Assembly: GCA_964016885.1 (NCBI GenBank)
Contig: OZ024746.1
Location: forward strand, 23,932,001-23,996,000
Direction: 5' to 3'
DNA length: 64,000 bases
Source: Eledone cirrhosa
Taxonomy: Eukaryota
Position numbers and translations under genes: made by a program. The notes below the pieces were generated by a model. That model did not search any database and had not been told where the DNA came from. It saw nothing but the letters and a program-made list of their open reading frames with translations. Positions 1-14,397 of the stretch are shown here, one piece after another. The first letter of the stretch is position 1; each line of letters begins with the position of its first letter.

Positions 1-1035
1 TTGAAAAGTAGACAGTGCAGAAGTTTGGTTGATAGAAGACATATTCAAATTGGCACTAATTTCAGAGATTATAATCAAACAAGATGCACAGATTTGTCAT
101 CAAAATCACATTATGAAACCTTCATTAATTGAATAAGCTCTTTGACTTGACTAAAATTAAGAAGTGCTAACTTATTCTTATGAACAATTTTTGTAGATTT
201 ATCCAAAGAAAATAGCATTAAAATATCTAGAAACCTATTTGATAAGTTATTTAAATTTGACACAAAGTATTTTCAGTGAATTTGTATTGGTAAACAGTTC
301 ATAGGTTTTAGTACTTCTAAATACCACTAAATATAACATACTTGCTAATTTGGTTATCATCATCATTATTATTTTTTTTGTCTGCATTTTCCATGCAGGC
401 ATGATTTGGATGAGGCTTTACTTGACACCTATACTATACTTGAAGTGTGATATCTCCCACTAACATTTGACATTTTAATACACTGTAAGACATATTATTT
501 ATTTATGGAGGACATAAACACTATTGATATGAAGACGTTTTCACAGTTACTCATACACTCATGCACACACACTCATGCACATACACAGAGGATGATTTGC
601 TAACTTAAAATTTCCATCTACCAAATTTATTAACAAGGGATTGGTTAGTTATTTCTTTGCCAAATCATCAAATATGTTATATTTATCAGTAGTAACAGGC
701 ACTAAATACTATGAACTGTTTACTTACATTTTCTTTTATAGAACAACTTAGATGGTTACTGTTTGTTTCTTCTCTATATTACATTATCTAGAATATTCTT
801 AGGAATTAATTCATCTCTAGATAATCATCTGTACAACCACAATGTCCCTCATGCAATACAACAGTTTGTCATTGTGTGCCAGCTTAAACTTCTGTATACC
901 CAAAGGAAATATATAGGTTTATGAAGGTTGACTCCTTTTTGTTGTATCCCTGAAGGGGGTGGTTAAATGGGTACTATGCCTTGCCAAAGGTCAACCTGTA
1001 ACTATGGTCGCAATGATGATATATTATTATTTACT

Positions 1036-1213
1036 TGGCAGTAGCAGTAGAGGGTCAGACGCCATGCTTTGACACATAGTTATGGCCCTTTCATCCTGAG
1101 TTCAAATCGCGCCAAGGTTAACTTTGCCTTTCATCCTTATGGGGTCGATAAAATAAAGTACCAGTAATGCACTGGGATAATTGCTGGCCTTGTGCCAAAA
1201 GTAGAAACAATTA
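1036..1213 (+). mobile_element. tRNA-derived SINE with Meta/MESC-like core (representative copy)
   Basis: B box GAGTTCAAATC, core gcctttcatccttatggggtcgataaaataaagtaccag, (ATT)n tail. Other copies at about 9885-10090(+), 11985-12170(+), 23790-23950(-), 25940-26160(-), 27570-27760(-), 30220-30405(+), 31370-31540(-), 33785-34100(-), 53665-53860(-), 56905-57310(-). Confidence 0.85.
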
Positions 1214-4200
1214 TTTACAATATTCTTCAGCTAAAAGAAGAGGGATTAAATTGGTTCTGTAGAAAAATCTAATTTACTATCACTCATTATGTTAATTCAT
1301 TTTACCAGCTGTCGATTTACAAAAGTTTTATATTTTACACAAAATTCTGTCCTACATTTTATTCTATATTGGCTTGTTAAAACAAACTGCAGATCCTATT
1401 TTAACTTATATTTCAGAATATTGATAATATATTAATAACAAAAATCAATACACTAGGAAATCATGCATTACAATAGGGTTTGTGATTTATAATTTTAAAA
1501 TATTGATTTTTTTTTTTTTCTTTTTTTTTTTTCTTCCTTTTATTTCAAAAGTTTTAAAAATGAGATAGTATCATGTTTTCAGAATTTATAAAATAATTCA
1601 TCGCAGAAAAAATATAAGTTGTTCCTAAATTTATGAACATAACAAATGTTGTATATGAATCAATGCTTCACACTAATCTTAGCTTTGGGATTTGAGGAAA
1701 TAGCTGAAGTGCTTCCATAGCTAATATGAACCCATATACAATATATTCACCTATAATAAACACACATTTAGTCTTGCTGTGGTCATATCTTAGGTCATAC
1801 CTTGTCAGCGAGTGCTGACAAATTCTAATAGCAGTGAAATGCATACATTCACTACTCTTACACCTTAATACCAAGTAATGTGGGCTCATATATGCCTTTA
1901 TTCTGAATCTTGCTGTGTTAGAGCTACTACAAATTTCATAACTAAATACAGTTTATGTTCTTGAAGTTCGTATTATTTAAACAAACAAACAATTTTTTTT
2001 CCTGAGATTTGAAATTAATCTAAAACAGAAATTTACTTCGTATGATCTTTAAATAATCTTGAAAATAAAGGAAATGGACTATAATCTAATAGAGTTTGGT
2101 CATGAAAAAGAAAACATTCAAAAGAAGCTTTCTAGATGCTGTGTATATAATTTTGTAAATGGCAGTAGACTGAACAGACTGATGCCTCACATAAACAGAA
2201 CAAAAATGAAGAAAAAATGAAATTGTTTAAGGGTGAAAAACAGTATAGAGATAATATCAGAACTACTGTTTATTTTTGTTGATATTCACTGTTTTGGTTT
2301 CTGATCTGAATATTATTGATAAAAATTACTTTTTTCCTATACCCTGAAAATATTCTATATAAAAAAAAAAAACAGAAAAAAAAGAATAAATATTGCGTGA
2401 TATTGTGATATTGATGAATGCTTAAACATGAATGAAAGAATATATATATATATAAATGATGATGATGAAACTCTAACAACTATAGAGTCTACTACAAACT
2501 GAGATCTCAACATATATTTAAACGCTGGTGTTATATATATATATATATATGTGTGTGTATATACATAAACCAGAAAGTTTCTTAATCTTGGAAGCTATTG
2601 GTGGTGATGATGATGGTGATCGTGCCCATATCTGTTTGTAAAGGTAACATCTTTCTGGTATATTTTTCGTTGGAGCACACTACAGAGATTGTAATTCACT
2701 AGCAAATCACTGAGTCAGTTGTGGTGATTGTCACATCTTGATCCTTGATGGGATTTATATAATCTGTGTCTAGTCAGTAACTCACAAAATATTCTGTATC
2801 ACTTACAATATATAATTGATGTACAATGAAACATTCTTATATAATCTTATATATATTTTTTTTATCAACAATGAAAAAGAATACCAAACTCTTAGCCAGT
2901 AGTCAGACAGTTAAGATTAAGAAACTCATTTATCTGTACCAACTATATCTAAAATATCAGATGTTACTCCAGTAATATCAAGATGTTGAAATTATAAAGA
3001 ATTGTCTCAAACATAATGAAAAATTATATAAAAACAATAGGAAAAAGTTCTGATTGATTAAGATGGTGGTGAATTGGCAAAGTCATTAAAGCATAAGGTG
3101 AAGAATACTTCGTACTTTTATTACTGTGCTCTGAGTTCAAATCCCACCATGGTTAACTTTGTCTTTAATCCTTTAAAGGTCAATCAAATAAAGTACCAGC
3201 CTGGAGTGGTGGATTAATGGATGTGATGCATTGTGGTATTTGTTTTGGGATTTTGCATGAGTTCAAATCCTACTATGGCTTACTTCACTGGGTCATAGAC
3301 TTAATCCATCACCTAGTTTAACACTACAACCTCACATGAACCTTGAGTGGTAGACTTAATCCGTCACCCATATTAATACTACCACCTGACCCTTGTGTGG
3401 TAGACTTAATCTATCACATAGTTTAACACTTCCACCCGACCTGGCCTGTAAATGGTAGACATGATTCAGCACCGTTTAACACCTTCATCTGGTACTTTAG
3501 TGGGGATACCTTCCTCCTACCAGTCTGAGACCCTGGAAAGAATCGGGGACCATGCCTCTCCTTTTTTGACTAAAAAAAAAAAAAAAAAAAATACATATTT
3601 ATTAAAACTTTTATCAAGTTACATTTACTGATAGATGTTCTGTTCAATTAAATTAGTAATTAACAACATTTAAAACTTGTTTATTTTATAAGAACTTGGT
3701 ACATAATGATGAAAGTTAATTAACAATTGTTTACTCCAATAAACTCTGATAAATTATTTTCATATTGATTAGATTAGTTGGAAATGAAAGTAGAATGAAA
3801 TAGGAGGAGACCAAGAGGGGTGGTGAGGGGTGCAAACAATCGGGGCTATATTTAGGTCTTGGGGGGGGCCCCAGAGCAGTTAAGGTTTCGGGGTCAGTTC
3901 AGGTTCAGAGGAGCTGATGGCTGTTCCTAGAGTGGCGCCCAGATCATTTCTCCTTTTCTGTTCCCTGATAAATCCAGCCCTGCAAACAATATGGAAAAAT
4001 GGGGAAGCTTACCATGGGGCCTACATGACTAGCAACTTCTCTAGCAGGGAAAATGACATTAAAATACTTGTTATTGTGTTGTTGTTGATTGCATTAGTTA
4101 TTTAATATCTAGTCATTTTAGCTAGTTTATAACCCTACAAGTTTCACTGGTTCTTTCAGTGTATCTATCTTACTATTCTCCAGGGTAACATATTCACAAT

Positions 4201-5021
4201 TCTTTCTACTGGATCTATCAAGTAACATCTGATATTTTTCAAAAGACATTAGAGAATGTAATATATCTCATATCAATGTATCTATAGAGTTTACTATCAA
4301 ATACTTCTTAAATGAGTATGACAGAGGCCAACTCCTTTATGTTAATTATTTACAGAACTAAATTACTCCAGACAGATTTATATTTAACCAGCTTCCAAGT
4401 AAATTGAGTAATCTCTTGAAAGCTCTTTCATTTACTGGCAACTCTCAGACAAATATTTTTGTTAAAACTATACCACTGGAAACACCTAGCATCTTCGACC
4501 ATTGAACTACTTTTCTACTCAGTTTGATCATGTTAGAATGAGCCCTTACCATCTATTTTACCATCTATTTTATCTGCTGGGACCACAAAACATTTGCAAT
4601 TATCTGACGAAGATAAGTAATTATCGTTGAACAATATATTTAGGGTAATGTTTGGAACATGACTTAAGAAAAGGCTCTTACATAAAATTATAATAGAATG
4701 TTTAAAATTTAAGCATTTAAAATTTAAATATGAAAATATTAAAACATAAGGGTTTTTTTTATCATAAAACTGGAGGCAGTCTTGGGCAGATTGCTAGCCA
4801 GAGAATTAACACGTTTTCTTATGTTCTGTCCCCCTACTATTCAGCCAGAGTAAATTTCTTTGGAAAGATATTATGTCGAATTGTTTCACTGTAACAGCAT
4901 TATATATATTTTAGAAATATCAACAGAATCAATATCCTCACTGTGTGTGTTTGTGTCTGTGTGTGTGTGTAATATATATATATATCTATTATATATATTA
5001 TATGTAATATATATATATATC

Positions 5022-5544
5022 TGTTATACTTTGGGAGGGTCATGTTGCCAATAAGAAACACACGCACCAGTTGCTTTCACTTCAATTTATTATAATAAAT
5101 TTATAAATTTAGGAATTTATAAATTTCTGGTTGGTTGGTTGGTTTCACAACCAGATAGTTGTTTATATATTGTCAAAGTTCTTTCGTCACACATTCTGTG
5201 ACCTCTTCAGTGACTGGGGATTCTTTTCTTTGTTTTTGTGCCTCTCCTTTGTTCTGTCCTACGCCATTTTGTTTCGGTGTGTGTCACACAGAAACAAAAT
5301 GGCGTGGGACAGAACAAAGGAGAGGCACAAAAACAAAGAAAAGAATCCCCAGTCACTGAAGAGGTCACAGAATGTGTGACGAAAGAACTTTGACAATATA
5401 TAAACAACTATCTGGTTGTGAAACCAACCAACCAACCAGAAATTTATAAATTCCTAAATTTATAAATTTATTATAATAAATTGAAGTGAAAGCAACTGGT
5501 GCGTGTGTATCTTATTGGCAACATGACCCTCCCAAAGTACAACA
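5022..5544. repeat. 523-bp near-perfect palindrome (foldback of a PLE-like non-autonomous repeat) carrying hammerhead-like motifs on both strands
   Basis: Arms of ~260 bp pair about centre 5283, with ~4 mismatches seen and a 3-nt loop. Mirror ORFs at 5159-5359(+) and 5207-5407(-). Motif GTCA-CTGAAGA-GGTCAC..GTGAC-GAAA-GAAC-TT-TGAC at 5352-5394 (+) and 5172-5214 (-). Confidence 0.9.
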
Positions 5545-6051
5545 ATATCGGTTTCAACAGACGATTTCAGATAAAGAATCTTGCTAAACAAATTCAGAAA
5601 CGAAATATATATATCTATTATATATATTATATATAATATATATATATCTATTATATATATTATATATATTATTTATATATATATATCTATTATATATATT
5701 ATATATATATTATTTATATATATATATCTATTATATATATTATATATATATAATATATATATATATCTATTATATATATGTATAATATATATATATATCT
5801 ATTATATATGGCCTTGCAATCGAAAGGTTGTGAGTTCAATTCTCAGACCGGGTGATGTGTTGTTTCCTTGAGCAAGGTACTTTATTTCACATTGCTCCAG
5901 TTTACTCAGCTGTAGAAATGAGATGATAGGGACTGGGGTCCCTATCATTCCACTGCAAAGTGGTCGTGTAGGTGCCATGGCAAAAACCACCCAGCACTCA
6001 CTGTAAATGAGGTTGGTGTTAGGAAGGGCATCCAGCTGTAGAAATCAAGCC

Positions 6052-6207
6052 ATATTTTATATATATATTATATATATATATATATTTTATATATATATAT
6101 TATATATATATATATATTTTATATATATATTTTATATATATATTATATATATATATATATATTATATATATTATTTATATTATATATATATATATTATAT
6201 ATATATA

Positions 6208-6250
<43 letters not shown>

Positions 6251-6613
6251 TATATATATATATATATTTTATATATATATATATATTTTATATATATATT
6301 ATATATATTATATATATTATATATATATATATATATTATATATATATATATATATTATATATATATATATATTTTATATATATATTATATATATTATATA
6401 TATATATTTTATATATATATTATATATATATATATATTTTATATATATATATATATATTATATATATTTTATATATATATATATATATTATATATATTAT
6501 ATATATATATATATTTTATATATATATATATATTTTATATATATATTATATATATTATATATATATATATATTTTATATATATATATATATTTTATATAT
6601 ATATTATATATAT

Positions 6614-6644
<31 letters not shown>

Positions 6645-6756
6645 ATATATATATATATATTTTATATATATATTATATATATTATATATATATATATATT
6701 TTATATATATATTATATATATATATATATATTATATATATATATATATATTATATA

Positions 6757-6794
<38 letters not shown>

Positions 6795-6803
6795 TATTAT
6801 ATA

Positions 6804-6835
<32 letters not shown>

Positions 6836-7128
6836 TAGATATTATATATATATATATTATATATATATATATATTATATATATATATATATATTATATAT
6901 ATATATATATTAGATATTATATATATATATATTATATATATATATTATATATATATATATATTAGATATTATATATATATATATTATATATTATATATAT
7001 ATATATTAGATATTATATATATATATATATTATATATATATATATATTATATATATTTATATATTATATATATATATATATATTATATATATATCATATA
7101 TATATATATATTTTATATATATATATAT

Positions 7129-7162
<34 letters not shown>

Positions 7163-7172
7163 CATATATATA

Positions 7173-7223
<51 letters not shown>

Positions 7224-8428
7224 ATATTATATATATATTATATGTATTTTATATATATATATATTATATGTATTTTATATATATATATATTATATGTATT
7301 TTATATATATATATATTATATATATATTATATATATTATATATATTATATATATATTATATGTATTTTATATATATATATATTATATGTATTTTATATAT
7401 ATATATATTATATGTATTTTATATATATATATATTATATGTATTTTATATATATATTATATATATATATGTATTTTATATATATATTTTATATATATATT
7501 ATATGTATTTTATATATATATTATATATATATATATATTTTATATATATATTATATATATATATATATTTTATATATATATTATATATATATATATATAT
7601 TATATATATATATATATATATTTTATATATATATTATATATATATATATATTATATATATATATATATTTTATATATATATTATATATATATATATTTTA
7701 TATATATATTATATATATATATATTTTATATATATATTATATATATATATATTTTATATATATATTATATATATATATATATTTTATATATATATTATAT
7801 ATATATATATATTTTATATATATATTATATATATATATATTTTATATATATATTATATATATATATATTTTATATATATATTATATATATATATATATTA
7901 TATATATATATATATTTTATATATATATTATATATATATATATATTTTATATATATATATATTTTATATATATATTATATATATATATATATTTTATATA
8001 TATATTATATATATATATATATTTTATATATATATTATATATATATATATATATATTTTATATATATATTATATATATATATATATATTTTATATATATA
8101 TTATATATATATATATATATTTTATATATATATTATATATATATATATATATTTTATATATATATTATATATATATATATATATTTTATATATATATTAT
8201 ATATATATATATATATTTTATATATATATATATATTTTATATATATATTATATATATATATATATATTTTATATATATATATATATATTTTATATATATA
8301 TTATATATATATATATATTTTTATATATATATTATATATATATATATATATTTTATATATATATTATATATATATATATATATTTTATATATATATTATA
8401 TATATATATATATATTTTATATATATAT

Positions 8429-8461
<33 letters not shown>

Positions 8462-8622
8462 ATATATATATATATATATATTTTATATATATTATATATA
8501 TATATATATATTTTATATATATATTATATATATATATATATATTTTATATATATATTATATATATATATATATATTTTATATATATATTATATATATATA
8601 TATATATATTTTATATATATAT

Positions 8623-8653
<31 letters not shown>

Positions 8654-9345
8654 ATATATATATATATATTTTATATATATATATATTTTATATATATATT
8701 ATATATATATATATATTTTATATATATATTATATATATATATATATTTTATATATATATTATATATATATATATATATTTTATATATATATTATATATAT
8801 ATATATATATATTTTATATATATATTATATATATATATATTTTATATATATAGTATATATATATATGTAGTATGATATAGTATATTATGTATGTATATAT
8901 TTGTATGTATATAATATATATTTGTATGTATATAATATATATATATGTGTATATATATATATAATATATATATGTAGTATGATATAGTATATTATGTATG
9001 TATATATTTGTATGCATATAATATATATTCGTATGTATATAATATATATATATGTGTATATATATATATAATATATATATGTAGTATGATATAGTATATT
9101 ATGTATGTATATATTTGTATGTATATAATATATATATATGTGTATATATATATATAATATATATATGTAGTATGATATAGTATATTATGTATGTATATAT
9201 TTGTATGTATATAATATATATATATGTGTGTATATATATATATATATATAATATATATATGTAGTATGATATAGTATATTATGTATGTATATATTTGTAT
9301 GTATATAATATATATATATGTGTATATATATATATATATATTATG
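6052..9345. repeat. Giant (TA)n-derived low-complexity array; distal part 8853-9345 is a minisatellite built on gtagtatgatatagtatattatgtatg
   Basis: Direct inspection; the source of the spurious poly-IY ORFs. Confidence 0.97.
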
Positions 9346-9567
9346 TGTATTCTGATTGGTCACTTGAGATAGGTCATTCCTAATTAGTAATTTTCACTTT
9401 CACAATTAAATATATTTGAGAAATGTAAAAAGCATGAAACCACAATTCATTAATCCAGTGAACATTTGGTGGAAAGGTTAAACACTACTCGATTGTTTTG
9501 ACATCCTGTGGCAAAAAAAAAAACAGTTTGTTTTGCTATTTGGTGAAGGATGAGGTCAGGGTGACAT

Positions 9568-9602
<35 letters not shown>

Positions 9603-11143
9603 ATCTGGTGGGATTAACAGTTTGATTGTTTCACCACATGATGGGGGAAAGCAAAACCACTGTATATTTGCTTCACATTTCTGACAGCATGTCACTTCTA
9701 GGAATGTTAGATAATGAAAACAGCTAATTTCAAGCCTCTTAGTTTTAGTTCACTTAATTCTTTAAGTATTAATGTTTCACAATATTTTTTGTTTGTCACA
9801 AAATAGTGTAGTTCACTTGGTTTTACATAGCTTTTCTATTTCATAATTTGTAATTATAATTGTATATTTTATAATTGTACATTATATGGTGATGTTGACA
9901 TGAGACAAATGCTTAACAGTATTTATTCCAACTCTTTAGGTTGAGTGTTCAAATCCTGCTGAGGTTAACCTAGCTTTTCATCTTTCCAAGGGTCGGTAAA
10001 ATAAAGTACCAGTCACATACTAGGGTTGATGTAATCAACTTTCCTTTCCCCTAAAACTGTTGGCATAGTGCCAAAATCAGAAACTATAATTGTATATTAT
10101 ATCATTTAAATTAATATAAAATTTTGCATTTTTTAACATATATCCATGCATATATATGGATGCAGCTTGCTCGAATTTTCAAGAAGTTTATTTTGCTGTC
10201 AACAGACCACTGGTTTGATGTCAATGAATGAGCAATTGTTGGGTATTTTTATTCTTTCAAAAGGCTGCACAGAATGGCAAAGCAGGCTGCATGCAGCCTT
10301 AGGGTCACAGATTCTACATCTCTGACCTATTCATTTTAATTTGGTCATTTAAAAAAATCATTTTTCTTTAATGTAGTGAAGATGTGAGGCCTAGTGCTCA
10401 ACATCGCAATGCTGTGAACTCAATTCCTGGTCCAAGTGGCATGCTGTGTTCTTGAGCAAAATACTTTATTTTACATTGCTCCAATCTACCCAGCTGAAAA
10501 GAGATGAGTGTCATCAGTAGCTGAGCATTAAACCTGTGACACTCTGGCTAACTGTCCAGAGAAGTGTCTTGTTCTCTTACTCACTTTTGCTTCAGCCTGG
10601 CATCCTGCCCAGGGAAAAATCTTTTACTCTCAGTTGCTTAATGCCAATAAAACCAAGATAAACTTCAGCCTAATGAGTAGTGCTGGACTTACCTATAAGC
10701 TATAGCTTAGGGCCACACATCCTCAGGTGCCTCATTTAAAAAAATTTATTTTTAATTTTATCATTAGTTTTTATTCTTTTACCTAACTTTTTTTAGAGAA
10801 GTGCCTCAAATTTCATATAGCCCAGGGCCTCAGCTGGTGAAGGTTTGGTCCTGCTGATGAACCTCTGATCTTCGGACAAACTTAAACATTTAAAAAGAAT
10901 TAAATAATATATACAATTTCAAACCTAAGTCGTAGATATTTATGTTAGTGTCTCTCTTTTAATTCATATGTTTTTATAAAACAAAACCTAATTGATTATT
11001 TAAATAAGGCTGCATCATAAAAAGCTGAGTCCAGAATCAGATAGTCTTCTTTGAGATACTCTGTAGCAATCTCTGCTAATAATAATATATGCATATGAAT
11101 GTATGTGTGTATGTATTTGTGTGTGTGTATGTATGTATGTATA

Positions 11144-11179
<36 letters not shown>

Positions 11180-11558
11180 ATATATATATATTATATCCAA
11201 TTTCAAATCTAGGTCAAAGATTTTTATGTCTCTTATCTAATTCATCTTCTGTGTGTGTGTCTGGAACAGATTTAATTGAAAACACACTGTGCTCAAGTTT
11301 AATCTTTGTGTGTGTTTGCGCACACATGTCTGTATATGTATGTGCACACAGAATCACTTATAATTATCAAAATATAAGTACTCAATACACCTTTATAATA
11401 ATTTGTATGCACTACTACTAATATATATATATATACAGTATAACCTAAGGGTTCATGGTTGCATGAAACCTTTAGATATATGTTTATAATGCTAGTTACA
11501 ATATATACTGAGTTGTTAGTTTTAAAAAAAATATCTTGATATTTTTCTTTATTATTAG

Positions 11559-11726
11559 GAACGATCAGACAGAATAGTACTGGATGGTAACTTTGACCCT
11601 AAAAACTTCTTAGACCAAGTTCCAGATACAGACACCGCAGGGCGAGCGATTCCACCATGGAAACGGCATGTGTTAGCAAGGCAGATAGCAGAGAAGGCAA
11701 AATCCGATGAGGAAGTAAAGAAAAGA
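11559..11726 (+). CDS. Espin/forked-like actin-bundling protein, internal coding exon (ERSDRIVLDGNFDPKNFLDQVPDTDTAGRAIPPWKRHVLARQIAEKAKSDEEVKKR)
   Basis: Hand translation after the ttag acceptor at 11558. The peptide resembles the espin/forked actin-bundling module (D..G..IP.WKRQ..ARK). Donor GT is at 11727, with an alternative in-frame GT at 11715. Not in the ORF track because there is no ATG. Confidence 0.8.
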
Positions 11727-12888
11727 GTAAAATAAATTTTAGACACTCTGCATGTTTTCTTTTTTTTTTTTAGTTCTTTCCCAAATAAATTGTTTAACCC
11801 ATTCATTACTATCATCATCATCGTTTAACGTCCATCTTCCATGCTTGCATGGGTTACTATATTTATAATAAAAGACACTGGCTATGATTTTCAAATAATT
11901 TGTTAATATAGTTTAGAATTTAAGAATTTAGTAAAAATTTAGTAATGTAACTAACTTTTTCAATATCAAGTTGGTGTTTAGGGCAGAATCGGTATAATAT
12001 CGGACATGCTTTGGGGCATATTGTTACAGCCCTTTACATTATGATTCAAATCCTGCCAAGGTTAGATTTGCCTTTCCACTTTACAAAGCACCAATAATGC
12101 ACTTGGATCGATTTAATCGACTTTTCCCTTTCTCAAAATTATTGGCCTTGTGCCTAAATCAGAAACCCTTATTTAAAACATAACTTAACAAATGCTCTTA
12201 CACAAAATTATGATGGAAGGTTTCTAGATAAATATAAAACACTTTAAATACACTGCCAAGTATCCTAAAACCATGAGCAGTTTCAGTAGTTTGATATCAA
12301 AGAAGTTAAATTATCTCTTCTCTTTGCATTCAACATCGTATGAGGTGATATTTGTTTATGATCCAAGTAAATGGAGAACCCATTGCTCAGTGGTAAAATG
12401 TGTGAAGATCTGTAACTTACTATAGAAAAACAAGTGAGTTTGTATCTGGCCAATTAATTCTGGTTCAAAACGTCTTATCCAGCTCATTCCATCATGGAAA
12501 AGGAGGTGCAAAAAACAATGGTGTTAATCCAAATGTACTGAGAAGGGCTTTTTATAAATACAGTTATAATTTAATTTACTGGGTTACAAAACTACCTGAA
12601 ACTGCTCCTAATTCTACAATATAAAACTGTTCATTTCAAAATGTTTCACCACCATCATCATTACTTAATGCCTGTTTTTCCAGTTAAAACCACCTTCCAT
12701 AATAAACATCAACTTAATAATGAGTCATTTTGTTATTTTCCTAAATACCTCCAAATATAACATCATGTATCTAATTTATATGAAGGTTGAAGGGTAAAAT
12801 GTCTTAAATAAACCAGTAAAGAGTCAGTTAAGCATTTGTTTTTAACTCAATGTTGCAAGAAACTCACACTAAACTAGTTTTTTTCCAG

Positions 12889-12968
12889 CAGGCAGAAGAA
12901 GAAGCCCGTTTTAAAAATGTTCCTCCTTGGAAACGAGCTCTTATGCAGAAGAAATCAGCCGAAACCAA
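12889..12968 (+). CDS. Espin/forked-like exon (QAEEEARFKNVPPWKRALMQKKSAETK)
   Basis: ttttccag acceptor (CAGCAG tandem acceptor) and AA|GTATGT donor. Matches the espin 'EEEARL..MPAWRR.LL.KK' segment; phase 0 in, phase 2 out. Confidence 0.8.
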
Positions 12969-13787
12969 GTATGTACAAAAAAAGAAGCCCCTCTCCATTT
13001 CTTTCATTATCATCATCACCACTATTTAACATCCATTTTTCCATGCTAACAAGAGTTAGACGAATTGTCCTGTTGTGAGTCAAGTCAGATCAGATGACCG
13101 TATCTTGCTCATACAGAACTTTTTCGGGCTTGGTTTCTACAGCTGGATGCTCTTCCTAGTGCCAGCCACATTTTCAGTGTGGACTGGGAGCTTTTTATCA
13201 TGACACCAACATAACCACTTTACAGTGTGAACTGGATGTTTTTTTAGTGTCCTGGCCCCAAAGCGACCACTTTACAAATTAGAATTCTGCAATGTAAAAC
13301 CTGTTCAGTAGAATTCAAGAAAACTACATTTTCACTCTGTTTTGCATCTATTTACATCCCTGCTTCCATTTTCCTGGACAGAAATAGACGACACTAGAGG
13401 AGGGGGAAGTGGGTAGATCAGGTAGCACGTGTTTGTTGCATAAATCATGTTACATTTGATGAGGAAAAACAAAACCATAGTTCATTTCATGCTGGAAAAA
13501 CTGGTGATAGGCCTGCGACCTGTCCTGAGAGATGTGGGATGGATGCACAAAGATTGCATATCCTGAGACCCCAAAGAGGATCCGGAAGGGAGCAAAACTT
13601 GACAGTTGGAACTTGGAACAAAGCTGGTCTTGTTCATCAAATAAATTTTCCCTGAATGAAGGGGAGAGAATTTAAGAATTACTATTATGCTGGTTGTTTA
13701 ACTCTCAAGCCTGTATTCCTAATGAAATGCACTCTATTCCAATTAAGAACCTAAAATTATTTCATTACTAATATAATAATTTAACAT

Positions 13788-14110
13788 ATTGTTATATTTG
13801 AGGATGGTTATATTGCCAGTATTGCCAGTAAAAAACACACGCATAAGAGACAAGATGGAGTAACAGATTAAAACCAGAAAGAAGAGGAGGCACAAACAAG
13901 AACATAGTCATTGAAAAGGTCACAGAATGTGTGGCAAAAGAACTTTCATGAACTAAATGAATAATTATTAATAAAGATAAAGTGAAAATCATATAGTGAA
14001 TGTGGTTTTGTATTGACAATACTGGCAACATGACCATCCCCAAATATAAAAAAGATCTGATTCAACACAGGATTTCACATTAAGAATCTTGCAAAACAAA
14101 TACATAAACA
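13788..14110 (+). mobile_element. Older, non-palindromic member of the same family as 5022-5600
   Basis: Shares the terminal IR (gttatatttgaggatggt.../...tggcaacatgaccatcccaaatat), ggtcacagaatgtgtg and the tail aagaatcttgc.aaacaaat. Fragments also occur at ~25790-25920 and ~43405-43495. Confidence 0.7.
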
Positions 14111-14270
14111 TAACATATGTTTCTTATATAAAATTATGAAGATTTTAATTTAAATAGGAACCTTTTAATTAGGGTGGCTTTGTTTCATAGAATCAGAGCT
14201 GGGTTTTGTATCAAAAGGGTTCAAGTATTTCTTAACAGTAATATTAAATGATTCTCTGATTTCTTTCCAG

Positions 14271-14397
14271 AGCTTCTCAAGTTCAGAAGGAGACAAAATC
14301 ACCAATGTTTGCAGCACCAAAAGTAGCCTCTCGTGGTGTGGTTAATGGAGAAGGCAACATGATACCTCCTTGGCAAAATGACTTGAAAGGAAAATAA
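14271..14397 (+). CDS. Espin/forked-like terminal coding exon (ASQVQKETKSPMFAAPKVASRGVVNGEGNMIPPWQNDLKGK*)
   Basis: ttctttccag acceptor. Phase is compatible with the previous exon (AA+A=Lys). TAA at 14395-14397 is followed by AT-rich 3'UTR-like sequence. Confidence 0.72.

Noticed and set aside
5131-5407. Mirror-image 66-aa ORFs on both strands
   Set aside because: A by-product of the palindrome; no recognisable protein.
6007-8875. 948-, 542- and 535-aa poly-Ile/Tyr ORFs
   Set aside because: Translation of a (TA)n array lacking TAA on the plus strand; no coding signal.
10850-10890. CTGATGA (also 22423, 24380, 53927) as hammerhead cores
   Set aside because: No correctly placed GAAA/NUH or pairing stems found downstream.
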